Shown here one piece after another: positions 35,716 to 45,264 of a stretch of DNA of 64,000 bases. Each line of letters begins with the position of its first letter. Position 1 is the first letter of the stretch. The stretch comes from an uncultured Gemmatimonas sp. Its GTDB lineage: Bacteria; Gemmatimonadota; Gemmatimonadetes; Gemmatimonadales; GWC2-71-9. Position numbers and translations under genes: made by a program. Location of the stretch: NCBI GenBank assembly GCA_964439025.1, contig CAYTMW010000016.1, positions 9,216 through 73,215 of the forward strand, written 5' to 3'. A model generated the notes under the pieces. It was not told where the DNA came from and ran no database searches. It saw nothing but the letters and a program-made list of their open reading frames with translations.

Positions 35716-36527
35716 CAGCGGCGCACCCGGGCACCCTGCAGCACTTCGAGGTCTGGCACGGTCCGCGCGCCGGCGTCCCGCGCGAGGCACAACAGCCGGT
35801 GCAGCAGCTGCGCGGTGACGAGCGCGTCTCCCGCCGCGCGGTGGCACGCGGGGTTCTCGAAAGCAAAGAGCTCGGTCAGGGCGCCCAGCGAGCAGGAGGT
35901 GGCGCCCTGCACCAGCCTTCGGGCAAGTCGGACGGTGCAAAGCCTCGCCCCGTCGAGCCGCTGATCCCGTGCCCGGCGCACCTCGGCGGAGACGAAGCCC
36001 CAGTCGAATCGGGCATTGTGGGCGACGAAGACCCGGCCCGCCAGTGCCTCGACGACCTGGGCGGCTACTTCTTCGAACCGCGGTGCCGCGCGCACCATCG
36101 TATCGGTGATGCCGGTCATCGAGCTGATCATCGCGGGAATCGGGCGCCCCGGATTGATCAGTGACTCGAACAGGAGCTCACGACGCTCGCCGTGCACCAG
36201 CACCACGGCAATCTCGGTGATGCGATCGTCCCCCGAGGCGCGCATCCCGGTGGTCTCCACGTCCACCACAGCGAAGGCACACTCCTCGAGCAGCGGCTGC
36301 CCGGTCGCTGCCGCGACCACACTCCACCGGCCGTCGACCAACCGGTGGACACGCGGGTCCGCCCCGAGAAGGGCGATGGCGAGCCGCTCGGCGACGATCT
36401 CGGGAACATTCGGAAGGCCCAGGATGCTCGTTGCCAACCACCCGGCCGATCGCGGAGAGTCGGCGAGCGCGGCGAGCGACCGGTCCACCAGGGTGGACGC
36501 CGGCACCGCCGCGAGTCCTCCGGTCAC
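35715..36527 (-). CDS. DnaQ-like 3'-5' exonuclease domain protein
   Basis: ORF 35715..36767 trimmed to GTG 36527 (GTGA overlap with the arcA stop). Exo motifs are FAVVDVETTG, VAHNARFDWGF and HRAAGDA. Confidence 0.8.
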   Translation of the reverse strand: MTGGLAAVPASTLVDRSLAALADSPRSAGWLATSILGLPNVPEIVAERLAIALLGADPRVHRLVDGRWSVVAAATGQPLLEECAFAVVDVETTGMRASGDDRITEIAVVLVHGERRELLFESLINPGRPIPAMISSMTGITDTMVRAAPRFEEVAAQVVEALAGRVFVAHNARFDWGFVSAEVRRARDQRLDGARLCTVRLARRLVQGATSCSLGALTELFAFENPACHRAAGDALVTAQLLHRLLCLARDAGARTVPDLEVLQGARVRR

Positions 36528-37750
36528 GGCTCGCCCCGGAGGATCGGCATGGTCATGCAACGCGGACCGCCGCCGCCTCGCACCAGCTCTCCCCCCTCGA
36601 GGGTGATCGCGGTGCGCCCCGAGGGAAGCGCCGTATCGGCCAGGAACTCGGCGCTCGGAAGGATGGAGAACCCGGCGAGCTGGAGCTGGCGCAGCGTTTC
36701 CTCGTTCCTGGCGTAGCTCATGATCACCCCGGGCGCGGTCGCGAGAAAATTGCAGCCGGAGGCCCACTGCTCCCGCTCCTGGGTGAGCCGCCGGGTTCCG
36801 CCTGCGAGAACCGGCTCGAGCGGCATCGCGACCTGCGCCAGCGCGGTAAAGAGATCGGGCTGCTCGCGGACCCCGCTCTCTCCCTTGTGGCGGCGAAGAA
36901 TCGTGAGCCGCTCCGGCCCGATGAAGCTCGGAGGGAAGACCACGCAGAGCCCCCGGTCCACGTGGGTGAACAGCATGTCGAGATGGATCGCCGTCGGGTT
37001 GTTTGGCATCACGACGACGATCACATCCTTCACGCCGGTCCGGCCGAACACCGAGTCGGCCAGCCGGTCGAGCGCGCCGGGGGAGGAGCGCTCGCTGAAT
37101 CCGACCAGCAGGAGATCGTCCCGGAGCACATGAACATCCCCGCCTTCGAGGGTGTAATTGCTGCGCCGCTCCTCCGACCCGTCGTACAGAATACCCTCGT
37201 TGGCCAGGGCGGGATGGAACGCGAAGAGGGTCTTGATGAGCAGCTCTTCCGTCCAGCGGGTCCCGTAGCGCATCGACCCGACGACCGCGTGGCTGCCGAT
37301 TACCATTCCGACATCGCGGGGGAAGAACAGATTGGGCAGCGGCGGCAGGATGAAGCCGGTCTCGTTAAGGGCGCTCGCGATGGGACCGGGAATCTCCTCG
37401 GTGCCCTCGATGACCATCTTCACGATGGCGCTCGCGGGGAGCTTGCTCAGCTGCTGCGCCAGCGGCTCCGAGGGCACCACGTCCATGGTACGGGAGATGA
37501 GATACTCGCGCGCCTCGGGCCGGTCGAGCACCTCCACGAGCAGATCCCCGATCTCATACACCGTGGCAAAGCGGCGGAGGACCGCCTTGAGGCGGGCATG
37601 CTCGCGGGCCGACACTTCGAGGCCGATCAGATCATTGTAGAGGAAGTCTTCGCGATTCCCCGGCGTCACCGCTTCGAGCTCGAGACCGGGGGTGTGGACG
37701 AGTACGCCCTGCAGAGGGCCGATTTCGCTCGTGACGCTGATCGCCGGCAT
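36524..37750 (-). CDS. arcA: arginine deiminase
   Basis: 408 aa with SEIGPLQGVLVHTPG... at the N-terminus and GGGGPRCMTMPILR at the C-terminus (catalytic Cys). Confidence 0.8.
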   Translation of the reverse strand: MPAISVTSEIGPLQGVLVHTPGLELEAVTPGNREDFLYNDLIGLEVSAREHARLKAVLRRFATVYEIGDLLVEVLDRPEAREYLISRTMDVVPSEPLAQQLSKLPASAIVKMVIEGTEEIPGPIASALNETGFILPPLPNLFFPRDVGMVIGSHAVVGSMRYGTRWTEELLIKTLFAFHPALANEGILYDGSEERRSNYTLEGGDVHVLRDDLLLVGFSERSSPGALDRLADSVFGRTGVKDVIVVVMPNNPTAIHLDMLFTHVDRGLCVVFPPSFIGPERLTILRRHKGESGVREQPDLFTALAQVAMPLEPVLAGGTRRLTQEREQWASGCNFLATAPGVIMSYARNEETLRQLQLAGFSILPSAEFLADTALPSGRTAITLEGGELVRGGGGPRCMTMPILRGEP

Positions 37751-37765
37751 GAATCAAGATAAGGG

Positions 37766-37829
37766 AGTAGCGAGTAGCGAGGAGCGAGGAGGGAACGGCC
37801 TTTCCCTCCTGCCTATTCGCTATTCGCTA
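37766..37829. repeat. long hairpin with arms made of tandem heptamers (GTAGCGA / TTCGCTA)
   Basis: AGTAGCGAGTAGCGAGGAGCGAGGAGGGAA-CGGCCT-TTCCCTCCTGCCTATTCGCTATTCGCTA, between the rex stop and the arcA start. Confidence 0.75.
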
Positions 37830-37833
37830 GGTC

Positions 37834-38466
37834 CTAGCGGTTTGCTAAAACGTACGACAACGCCTCCAGCTCGAGCACGAGGTTGACCGTCTTCACCGCG
37901 ACCGGTTCCGGGACCTGGAGCTGCACCGGGGCAAAATTCAGGATCGCGCTGATTCCGCATTTGACCAGGCGGTCGGCGACACCCTGCGCCGCGTCGGCGG
38001 GAGTGACCACCGCCGCGATGTCGGCGTGCTGGCGCGCCAAATCCTTCTCCAGCTCCGTCACGTGCTTCACCACGAGCCCGTTCCACTCCCGGCCGATCTT
38101 CGCCGGGTCGTTGTCGTAGATGGCAACGAGGTCGAATCCGCGGGCGCCGAAACCGCCGTACTGCACCAGCGCGCTCCCGATCTTCCCCGCCCCGATCACC
38201 ACGATGCGGTAGCGGCGGTCGAGGCCCAGGATCTCGCGCAGCCGGGTCTTGAGCGCCGGGACCTGGTAGCCCAGCCCGCGCTTGCCAAAGGAACCGAAGA
38301 AGGAGAGATCCTTCCGCACCTGGGCGGACGTCGTCCCGCCACGGGAGGCGAGGGCCTCGGAGCTGACGGTGGTCGCCCCCTGTTCCTCGAATTCCTCGAG
38401 GAATCGCAGATAGAGCGAGAGACGGCGGACGGTGGATTCGGCGATCTTGCGCACTGGCACTGGCAT
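37834..38466 (-). CDS. rex: redox-sensing transcriptional repressor Rex
   Basis: ORF 37834..38511 trimmed to ATG 38466. It has TVRRLSLYLRFLEE, VSSEALA...SAQVRKDLSFFGSFGKRGLGY and the Rossmann motif VIGAGKIG. Confidence 0.9.
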   Translation of the reverse strand: MPVPVRKIAESTVRRLSLYLRFLEEFEEQGATTVSSEALASRGGTTSAQVRKDLSFFGSFGKRGLGYQVPALKTRLREILGLDRRYRIVVIGAGKIGSALVQYGGFGARGFDLVAIYDNDPAKIGREWNGLVVKHVTELEKDLARQHADIAAVVTPADAAQGVADRLVKCGISAILNFAPVQLQVPEPVAVKTVNLVLELEALSYVLANR

Positions 38467-38483
38467 TGTGAAAGTTTTCACAA
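38466..38483. promoter_or_regulatory. Rex operator (perfect TTGTGAA-N4-TTCACAA)
   Basis: TTGTGAAAGTTTTCACAA fills the 19-nt gap between the rsmA stop (38486) and the rex ATG (38466) and touches the start codon. Confidence 0.8.
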
Positions 38484-38485
38484 AG

Positions 38486-39289
38486 CTAGCCCGCCCGCCA
38501 CCCCCCGTCAATGAGAACGGTGAGCAGCCGGGAGAACTCCGCCGGCGCGACGGTCTCCGGCCGCGCCCCGGGTGACAGGCCGGCCAGGCCGAGCGCCTCG
38601 GTCACCCGGTCGGCGGGCCAGCCGGTGAGCTCCCGAAGCCCGCGCACCAACTGTTTTCTTCGGAAGCCGAAGAGCCCGACCACCAGCATTCGGAACGCGG
38701 CGATACGGGCGTCGGGTACCAGCGGCTCGGCGAGCGGGACGATGCGCACGACTGCGGAATCCACCCTGGGAGGCGGCGCAAACGCACCGGCCGGCACGGT
38801 AAAGAGCTTCTCGATCCGCGCCACGGCCTGCACTCCCGCACTCAGCGCGCCATACACCTTGTTCCCCGGCGGCGCCGCGAGCCGGTCGGCGACTTCCTTC
38901 TGAACCAGGAACACGATCCGCGCGGGACGCGGCGGCAGCAGGGCCTGGTCGAGCAGCGGGGTCGTGATGTTATAGGGAATGTTGCCGGTGACCAGGAGCG
39001 GCTCCCCAGACCGGGCCTCCGCGACCACGCGCCAGTCGAGCTCGAGGGCGTCACCCTCTACGATCCGCGCGCCGGGCACCCGGGCGCGGGCGACCGGCAC
39101 CAGATCCCGGTCTTTCTCGATCGCGACCACGCGAGCGCCCCTTGCGGCAAGCGCTTCGGTGAGCGCGCCGGGTCCGGGGCCGATCTCCAGCACGAGGTCG
39201 CCGGGCCCGGGGGCGAGCGCCTCCGCGATCCGGTCGAGAATGGCGCGATGCTGGAGGAAGTGCTGGCCGAATCGTTTGCGGGTCCGCAC
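38486..39289 (-). CDS. rsmA: 16S rRNA (adenine1518/1519-N6)-dimethyltransferase
   Basis: ORF 38486..39526 trimmed to GTG 39289. It contains RKRFGQHFL and LEIGPGPGALT. Confidence 0.88.
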   Translation of the reverse strand: MRTRKRFGQHFLQHRAILDRIAEALAPGPGDLVLEIGPGPGALTEALAARGARVVAIEKDRDLVPVARARVPGARIVEGDALELDWRVVAEARSGEPLLVTGNIPYNITTPLLDQALLPPRPARIVFLVQKEVADRLAAPPGNKVYGALSAGVQAVARIEKLFTVPAGAFAPPPRVDSAVVRIVPLAEPLVPDARIAAFRMLVVGLFGFRRKQLVRGLRELTGWPADRVTEALGLAGLSPGARPETVAPAEFSRLLTVLIDGGWRAG

Positions 39290-39291
39290 GT

Positions 39292-40743
39292 TCAGAGCCG
39301 GAGCACCAGCAGCGTGCGGTCGTCGGCGGGGTGGGGCGAAAAGGCATCCGCTTCGACCATCACGCTGGCCACGATCAGCTCCGGGTTCCAGGCGCGCCGC
39401 GTCGACAGCGCCGCGAGGAGACGTCCCTCGCCGAATCGCTCTCCGTTTTCGTTTTCCGCATCCACCAGCCCGTCGGTCCAGAGGCAGAGCAGATCCCGGC
39501 CGGCGGTCCAGGGAACGCTCCGGCACGCGATGGCCTCGGTGCCGAGCCCGAGCGGTGGAGCCGTCGCCTCGAGCCGCTCGGCGGCGCCTTCCGCCGGAAG
39601 GCGAAAGGCATGCGGATGCCCGGCATTCGCCCAGGTCAGACGCCGGTTGATCGGATCGAGGATGCCGTAGAAGACAGTCAGGTATGTGTCGGACGAGGTG
39701 AGCTTGGCGGCGAGGCTTCCGCCGAGCGCGGTGAGCGCATGGTCCGGCGAGTCGCCACCCGCGGCGTGGATGCCGGCCGCCGACATCACGGCCGCCATCA
39801 CGATCGCGGCGGAGATGCCATGAGACGAGACGTCGCCGACCATCACCCCGACCAGTCCGAGCCCGAGCCGGTTGAAGTAGTAGAAATCCCCCCCGACCTG
39901 CTCGGCGGGAAAGCAGCGGACCGCGACCTCCGCATCGCCCCGGAGCACGTCCGGCGCGGGGAGGAGGGCGCGCTGCAGGTGATGGGCGACCTCGAGCTGA
40001 TCCTGCAGGCGCTGCTGCTCCCGCTGCCGCGCCACGAGACGCGCGAGCTCGATCGCGGCCCCGATCTGGTTGGCCGCGGCGGTCACCAGCTTCTGATCGG
40101 TGGCGCTGAACCGCCCTTCGCGAATCCGGTCGGTGAGGTTGATCACGCCGACACAGCGAGAGGCGCCTCCCGGAGTCCGGTAGGTGATCGGAACGCTCAT
40201 GTACGCGCCGCCGCGATATCCCCGGCCTTCATCCGGCCTCGTGCCGGCGTCCCCGATCTGCGGCTCCCGCTCGCGCACCGCGCGCGCGGCAACCGACACC
40301 GGATCGTCGAGGGGAATGTCGGCGACGCGGCTCCCGTCGAACCCCTGGGCGGCGACAGTGCGCAGGCACCGGGACTCTTCGTCGAGGACGGCGAGCGACG
40401 CCCGTGCGGCGCCGACGACATCACTCACCGCGCGGATGATCGTTCCCGCCGCGTCTTCGAGGCGGAGGGCCTGTCCGAGAATGTCATTGAGGGTGTAGAG
40501 GAGGTCGATCTCCTCGTATCTCGTGGCCAGCTCCTCGGACAGGTGCGTGGTCTCCCGGTCGGCGCGGAGGAAGAGGCCGAAGAGGGCCAGCATCGCGTCC
40601 CCTTCCCGGCCGCAGGGCGTCTCCAGCCACAGTGGAGCCCCCGCGCCCAGCGGCCGGATGGTGCCGCCGTCGGGAGTGGGCACCGACTCCGCCCCCGGTG
40701 GAAGAGGAATGCTGGGCGATCGCTCGTTCGCGTAGGCCGGCAC
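39292..40743 (-). CDS. GAF-domain PP2C/SpoIIE-family serine phosphatase (RsbU/RsbP-like)
   Basis: ORF 39292..41226. The first canonical start after the upstream stop is GTG 40743. A GAF-like region precedes a SpoIIE domain (GGDFYYF ... VGDVSSHGISAAIVMA ... LCLWTDGLVDAEN). Confidence 0.8.
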   Translation of the reverse strand: MPAYANERSPSIPLPPGAESVPTPDGGTIRPLGAGAPLWLETPCGREGDAMLALFGLFLRADRETTHLSEELATRYEEIDLLYTLNDILGQALRLEDAAGTIIRAVSDVVGAARASLAVLDEESRCLRTVAAQGFDGSRVADIPLDDPVSVAARAVREREPQIGDAGTRPDEGRGYRGGAYMSVPITYRTPGGASRCVGVINLTDRIREGRFSATDQKLVTAAANQIGAAIELARLVARQREQQRLQDQLEVAHHLQRALLPAPDVLRGDAEVAVRCFPAEQVGGDFYYFNRLGLGLVGVMVGDVSSHGISAAIVMAAVMSAAGIHAAGGDSPDHALTALGGSLAAKLTSSDTYLTVFYGILDPINRRLTWANAGHPHAFRLPAEGAAERLEATAPPLGLGTEAIACRSVPWTAGRDLLCLWTDGLVDAENENGERFGEGRLLAALSTRRAWNPELIVASVMVEADAFSPHPADDRTLLVLRL

Positions 40744-40826
40744 GAGCTCCGACCCCTCGGCGCGCCAGAGTCGCGGGCGCGCCGGGGCGGCGCCATCAAA
40801 TGCATCGAGGACGGGGCGTAACCGCG

Positions 40827-41321
40827 TCAGGCGCGAGGCAGCGTCATCCAGATCGTATTCCCCTGCGCATTGAATTCGACGCGGTCGGCGAGATTCCTGA
40901 TGAGGAAGAGGCCTCTGCCGACGGGACGCCGCACCGCGGCGGGCGAGGTCGGATCGGTCACCGCCATCGGGTCGAAGCCGGGCCCGTCGTCGGTGACTTG
41001 CAGACGAATGGTGTTGGCGGCGAGCTCCGCCGCCACCCGCACCGTGCGGTTGGGATCGCCACCGGCGCCGAAGAGGATACTGTTGGTGAGCGCTTCCGCG
41101 AGGAGCACGCGGAGCCGGAAACAGGTACGCCGGGACGGCTCGGCACCGGCAAAGCAGTGCCGCGCCATCAGCTCCACCGCCTCCTCGACGCACCCCACGT
41201 CGGCGGGCACCCGCATCGCGACCCACACCGTCGCCGGAGGGGCACCCGCCCCAGTCGGCCCGGGCTCCGCCATCGAGCGGCGAACGCAGAGGCGCAGAGG
41301 CGCCGCGACGCCGTCGTCCAT
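40827..41321 (-). CDS. anti-sigma factor / serine kinase (RsbW/SpoIIAB-like, HATPase_c)
   Basis: ORF 40827..41483 trimmed to ATG 41321. It contains LAEALTNSILFG, LQVTDDGPGFD and GRGLFLIRNLADRVEF. Confidence 0.75.
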   Translation of the reverse strand: MDDGVAAPLRLCVRRSMAEPGPTGAGAPPATVWVAMRVPADVGCVEEAVELMARHCFAGAEPSRRTCFRLRVLLAEALTNSILFGAGGDPNRTVRVAAELAANTIRLQVTDDGPGFDPMAVTDPTSPAAVRRPVGRGLFLIRNLADRVEFNAQGNTIWMTLPRA

Positions 41322-41322
41322 G

Positions 41323-41655
41323 TCAGAAACCCGCGAGGGCCTCAGCAGCGGTCGGCGAGATGTGGAAGAGGGTATCGAGCTTGGTGAGCTCGAACAGCGC
41401 GCGGAGATCGTCATTGAGCCCCGCAATCCGGAGCTCGCCCCCCTGTTCGCGCACCTTCCTCGAGAGCGAGACCAGCGCGCCAAGGCCGGAGGAATCGATA
41501 TAGCCGGTCTGGGTGCAGTCGATCACGAACTTGCGTTCGCCGCGATCGAGTCCGTCCTGCACCAGGCCTTTGAGCTCCTGGCGGTTCCCCACGATCAGCT
41601 GGCCCTCGACCTTGAGAACGGCCACGCCGTCGTTCTGCACTTTGGTGAATCCCAT
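41323..41655 (-). CDS. STAS-domain anti-sigma-factor antagonist (RsbV/SpoIIAA-like)
   Basis: 110 aa; FVIDCTQTGYIDSSGLGALVS includes the phosphorylatable Ser context. Confidence 0.8.
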   Translation of the reverse strand: MGFTKVQNDGVAVLKVEGQLIVGNRQELKGLVQDGLDRGERKFVIDCTQTGYIDSSGLGALVSLSRKVREQGGELRIAGLNDDLRALFELTKLDTLFHISPTAAEALAGF

Positions 41656-41667
41656 GCGCTCCCTCCT

Positions 41668-42540
41668 TCAGGTGCCTGCCCAGGCGGCAATCAGCGCAGC
41701 CAGCGCGACGGTGCCCGCCATCTCTCCATCGTCCGCATCCTCCGTCACGCCCATGACAACCCCGGCGGGCCCGAGCAGGAGCGGCCCCAGCAGCCGGGCG
41801 CCGGCCAGCTCTCGGGCCGTCCCGAGCGCCAGGTGGCCTGCGGCGCCGCCCGGAAATATGAGAACGTTGGCCCGCTCTCGAAACCTCACATGCCGATCGA
41901 CCACCGCAAACGTGTCCGGCAAGTGCTCCTTGAACGCCGCGCGCGCCGCGTCCGCCGCCCCATCCTCGTCCCGGCCGGGTGGCCCCGCCAGGAACGCCAC
42001 CCGGGGAGCGCCGTCTCCCACCCGCGCATGGGCCGCCGCCGCCGCGACAGCCAGCGCCGCCCGCTCCGCCGCGTCGAGCTCCCCGGCAAGGACGCAGTCG
42101 GCCAGTGCGAAGAGCGACCCGTCGGGGAGGAGCAGCCAATGCACTGCCCTGACGGGATACCCGTCGCGCGGCGAGTCGAGCGTCCACTCGGCCGCCTCCA
42201 CCAGCACCTCCGCCGAGACGCCGGGCCCGGCGACGACGGCGTCAGCGTCGCCCAGCGCCACCAGTCCGGCGGCCAGCCGGAGCGGATCAGCGGCGAGATC
42301 CAGCGCGTGGATGCCGTCGCGCACCTGATTCGGTCTCCGGCTGCGCAGCAGGGCGGCCACCGCCCCGAGTCTCGGGTGGTCTTCCGGCTTGGTGCCCCCG
42401 CTGCCGATCACCGCGGACACGGCGAACGCCGGGGTCCCGCGCCGTCCCGCGATCACCTCGACAATCCCGTCGTCTCCTCCCGCGAGCACGACGCGGGCAC
42501 GGCTGCCGCGGGCCCGGTCGAGCAGCGCGTCCAGACTCAC
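41668..42540 (-). CDS. phosphate acetyl/butyryl-transferase (PTA_PTB) family protein
   Basis: 290 aa. The N-terminal RVVLAGGDD and the overall Ala/Gly-rich pattern resemble the Pta C-terminal domain. Assignment is tentative. Confidence 0.45.
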   Translation of the reverse strand: MSLDALLDRARGSRARVVLAGGDDGIVEVIAGRRGTPAFAVSAVIGSGGTKPEDHPRLGAVAALLRSRRPNQVRDGIHALDLAADPLRLAAGLVALGDADAVVAGPGVSAEVLVEAAEWTLDSPRDGYPVRAVHWLLLPDGSLFALADCVLAGELDAAERAALAVAAAAAHARVGDGAPRVAFLAGPPGRDEDGAADAARAAFKEHLPDTFAVVDRHVRFRERANVLIFPGGAAGHLALGTARELAGARLLGPLLLGPAGVVMGVTEDADDGEMAGTVALAALIAAWAGT

Positions 42541-43019
42541 GAGCGGAAGTGCCGCCGCAGTGCCTCGACGACCACGGGGTGCACCAGCTCGCTGACATCC
42601 CCGCCGTAGCGTGCGACCTCCCGCACCAGGCTCGAGCTGATATACGAGAGCCCCTGCGCCGGGACCAGGAACACGGTCTCCAGTCCTGCCTGCAACTGGC
42701 GGTTCATCAGCGCCATCTGGAATTCGTACTCGAAGTCGCCCACCGCGCGGAGCCCCCGCACCAGCACCGACGCGCCAATGCGCGCGGCGTAGTGGGCCAC
42801 CAGTCCCTCGAAGGCGTCGAATTCGATCCGCGGATCATTGCCCAGGGTGTGGCGGAGCATGTCGAGCCGCTCGTCCACACTGAACAGCGGCGGTTTGCTC
42901 GAATGCACCGCCACCGCGACGATGACCCGATCGGCGAGCCTGAGGCTCCGACGGATCAGGTCCTCGTGACCTCGCGTGGGGGGATCGAAGGAGCCGGGAT
43001 AGAGGGCGATTCGCGTCAT
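42537..43019 (-). CDS. coaD: pantetheine-phosphate adenylyltransferase
   Basis: MTRIALYPGSFDPPTRGHEDLIRRS... Confidence 0.92.
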   Translation of the reverse strand: MTRIALYPGSFDPPTRGHEDLIRRSLRLADRVIVAVAVHSSKPPLFSVDERLDMLRHTLGNDPRIEFDAFEGLVAHYAARIGASVLVRGLRAVGDFEYEFQMALMNRQLQAGLETVFLVPAQGLSYISSSLVREVARYGGDVSELVHPVVVEALRRHFRS

Positions 43020-43534
43020 GGCGCGTAACAGAAGGTAAGGGCGATGTCGCCGTATCGCCGGATTTCATCGCCGCCCGGAGTTTCCCGCGCGGGGTGCTCG
43101 ACCGCCAGCAGCCCAGCGAATGGCACTCTCCGGAACGCGGCCACCAGCTCGGCGGCGTAGTCGACCGTGTAGGGGGGATCGGCGAGTGCCACATCAAACG
43201 CGCGCGGGCCGAGCTGCGCCACAAAACGCATGGCGTCCTCCCGGCGCACCGTCACCCGCTCGTCGACGCCGAGGGAGGCAACGTTGGCCCGGATGGCGTC
43301 GAGGGACTCCGGGGCGAGCTCGACCATGGTCGCGGTTGCGGCGCCCCGGCTGAGCGCTTCGAGGCCGAGGGCGCCTGAGCCCGCGAAGAGGTCGAGCACG
43401 CGCGCGCCCGGAAGCCGCTCACCGAGAATGCTCATCCAGGCCTCCCGCACCCGGTCGGCGGTGGGCCGCACTCTCGGGTCCGACGGCGTGGTGAGCCGCC
43501 GCCCGCCGAACTCCCCGGCGATGATGCGGGTCAC
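43016..43534 (-). CDS. rsmD: 16S rRNA (guanine966-N2)-methyltransferase
   Basis: ORF 43016..44263 trimmed to GTG 43534 (VTRIIAGEFGGRRL), a GTGA overlap with the recJ stop. It contains DLFAGSGALGLEALSRGA and LADPPY. Confidence 0.85.
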   Translation of the reverse strand: MTRIIAGEFGGRRLTTPSDPRVRPTADRVREAWMSILGERLPGARVLDLFAGSGALGLEALSRGAATATMVELAPESLDAIRANVASLGVDERVTVRREDAMRFVAQLGPRAFDVALADPPYTVDYAAELVAAFRRVPFAGLLAVEHPARETPGGDEIRRYGDIALTFCYAP

Positions 43535-45264
43535 GGCCCATTGCCCCGCCCGCCCGCCGGCCGGTGCGGTGTCACGGTGAGCAGCCGGGCCTGCAGCGTG
43601 GTCAGCCCACGAAACTCGTTCAGCTCCAGCCGGAATGCCGCATCGACGGGCCCGCCGCCCAGGTCGGCGAGACGATCGGCGAGGCGGAAGCCGATCGCGT
43701 CGAGCGAGCGCGACGAGTCCTGGAGCGCGCCCTTCACGTGGTTGGTCCCCACTGTTTGCCGCCGGGTGAAGTCCACTCCGCGGACCCCGAAGACCGGGGC
43801 CGCGTTGCCCATGCCGCACGGCTCCAGATGACGGCAGAGCTTTTCGAGCTCGTCCGTGGCCTCGTCGAGCGGGATCTCGAGATCCACGCGTTGCTCCGGA
43901 CCGAGACCGTCGAACCCGAGCCGGTCGCCCGCCTCCCGCTCGAATCGCTCCCGGAACGCCTGAAAGTTTTCCCGCCTGAGGGTGACGCCTGCCGCCATTT
44001 TGTGCCCGCCGTAGCGCACCAGCAAATCGCCGCATTCGGTCAGCGCCCTGTGCAAATCGAATCGGGAAATGCTCCGTCCCGACCCCTTCCCGATGTCGCC
44101 GTCGAAGCAGACGAGAAAGGTCGGCCGGCCGTAGCGCTCGACCACCCGCGAGGCGACGATTCCGACGACGCCGGGGTGCCAGTCGTCGGAGCACAGCACG
44201 ATGCCGGCGCGCCGGTCGAGCGGACCCGCCGCCTCGACCTGGGCGATCGCCTCCTCGAGACAACGCTGGTCGAGCGCCTGCCGCTCTTCGTTGAGACGCT
44301 CGAGCCGCTGGGCGAGCATCGTCGCTTCGTCGGGGCTGTCAGTGAGGAGGAGGCGGAGCCCGTCGGCCGCCTCTCCGATCCGTCCCGCGGCGTTGAGACG
44401 CGGCGCGAGGACGAAGCCGACCTGTCCGGCGCGGAGCTCTCCCTGTCCTAACCCGCTGGTCTCGATCAGCGCCCGGAGGCCTGGCCACCGGCTCTGGCTC
44501 AGGAGGCGGAGACCATGCCGCACCAGGATGCGATTCTCGCCGGTCAGCGGCACCACGTCGGCCACGGTGGCGAGGGCGACGTAGTCGAGCAGATGCATGG
44601 GAAGCGCGGGGGGCAGCCCAAGCGCGGGAGCCAGGGCCTGCACCAGCTTGAACGCGATCCCGGTGCCGCACAGCATCTCCAGGCCCGAGCGATCGTCGGA
44701 TCGCTGGGGATCGACGACCGCAGTCGCGGGAGGAAGCTCGGCGCCCGGCAAGTGGTGATCGGTCACCACCACGCGGATGCCGGCGGCCTCGGCCTGACGC
44801 ACCGTCTCCACCGCCGTGATGCCGCAGTCGCAGGTCACGATCAGCTTCGCTCCGATCGAGACTGCGAAGGCGAGGCCGGCGGGGCCGAAGTCGTAGCCGT
44901 CGCGAAGCCGGTGCGGCACGAAGGCGTGAACCTCGGCGCCCGTCTGCCGGAGCGCGCGGGTCAGCAACGCAGTGGCGCACTGGCCATCGACGTCATAATC
45001 CCCGTGCACCAAGATCGTCTCGCGGCGCGACACCGCGCCCGCGATGGCGGCGACTGCGTCCCCCAGGCCGGCAAGGGACATCGGATCGCTCAGCTGCTCG
45101 AGCGAAGGACGGAGAAATGTCCGCGCCGCATCGGCCCCGGAGAGGCCGCGCTGCACCAGCAAGGCGGCGAGGGACGCCGGAATGGAGAGCTCCCGGGCGA
45201 GCGCCTGCGCGGCGCCCGCTTCGGGCTCGGGCGCCAGAACCCAGCGCGGGAGGGGCAGCGTCAT
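43531..45264 (-). CDS. recJ: single-stranded-DNA-specific exonuclease RecJ
   Basis: ORF 43531..45429 trimmed to ATG 45264 (ATGA overlap). DHH motifs are VHGDYDVDG, TCDCG and VVVTDHH. Confidence 0.9.
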   Translation of the reverse strand: MTLPLPRWVLAPEPEAGAAQALARELSIPASLAALLVQRGLSGADAARTFLRPSLEQLSDPMSLAGLGDAVAAIAGAVSRRETILVHGDYDVDGQCATALLTRALRQTGAEVHAFVPHRLRDGYDFGPAGLAFAVSIGAKLIVTCDCGITAVETVRQAEAAGIRVVVTDHHLPGAELPPATAVVDPQRSDDRSGLEMLCGTGIAFKLVQALAPALGLPPALPMHLLDYVALATVADVVPLTGENRILVRHGLRLLSQSRWPGLRALIETSGLGQGELRAGQVGFVLAPRLNAAGRIGEAADGLRLLLTDSPDEATMLAQRLERLNEERQALDQRCLEEAIAQVEAAGPLDRRAGIVLCSDDWHPGVVGIVASRVVERYGRPTFLVCFDGDIGKGSGRSISRFDLHRALTECGDLLVRYGGHKMAAGVTLRRENFQAFRERFEREAGDRLGFDGLGPEQRVDLEIPLDEATDELEKLCRHLEPCGMGNAAPVFGVRGVDFTRRQTVGTNHVKGALQDSSRSLDAIGFRLADRLADLGGGPVDAAFRLELNEFRGLTTLQARLLTVTPHRPAGGRGNGP

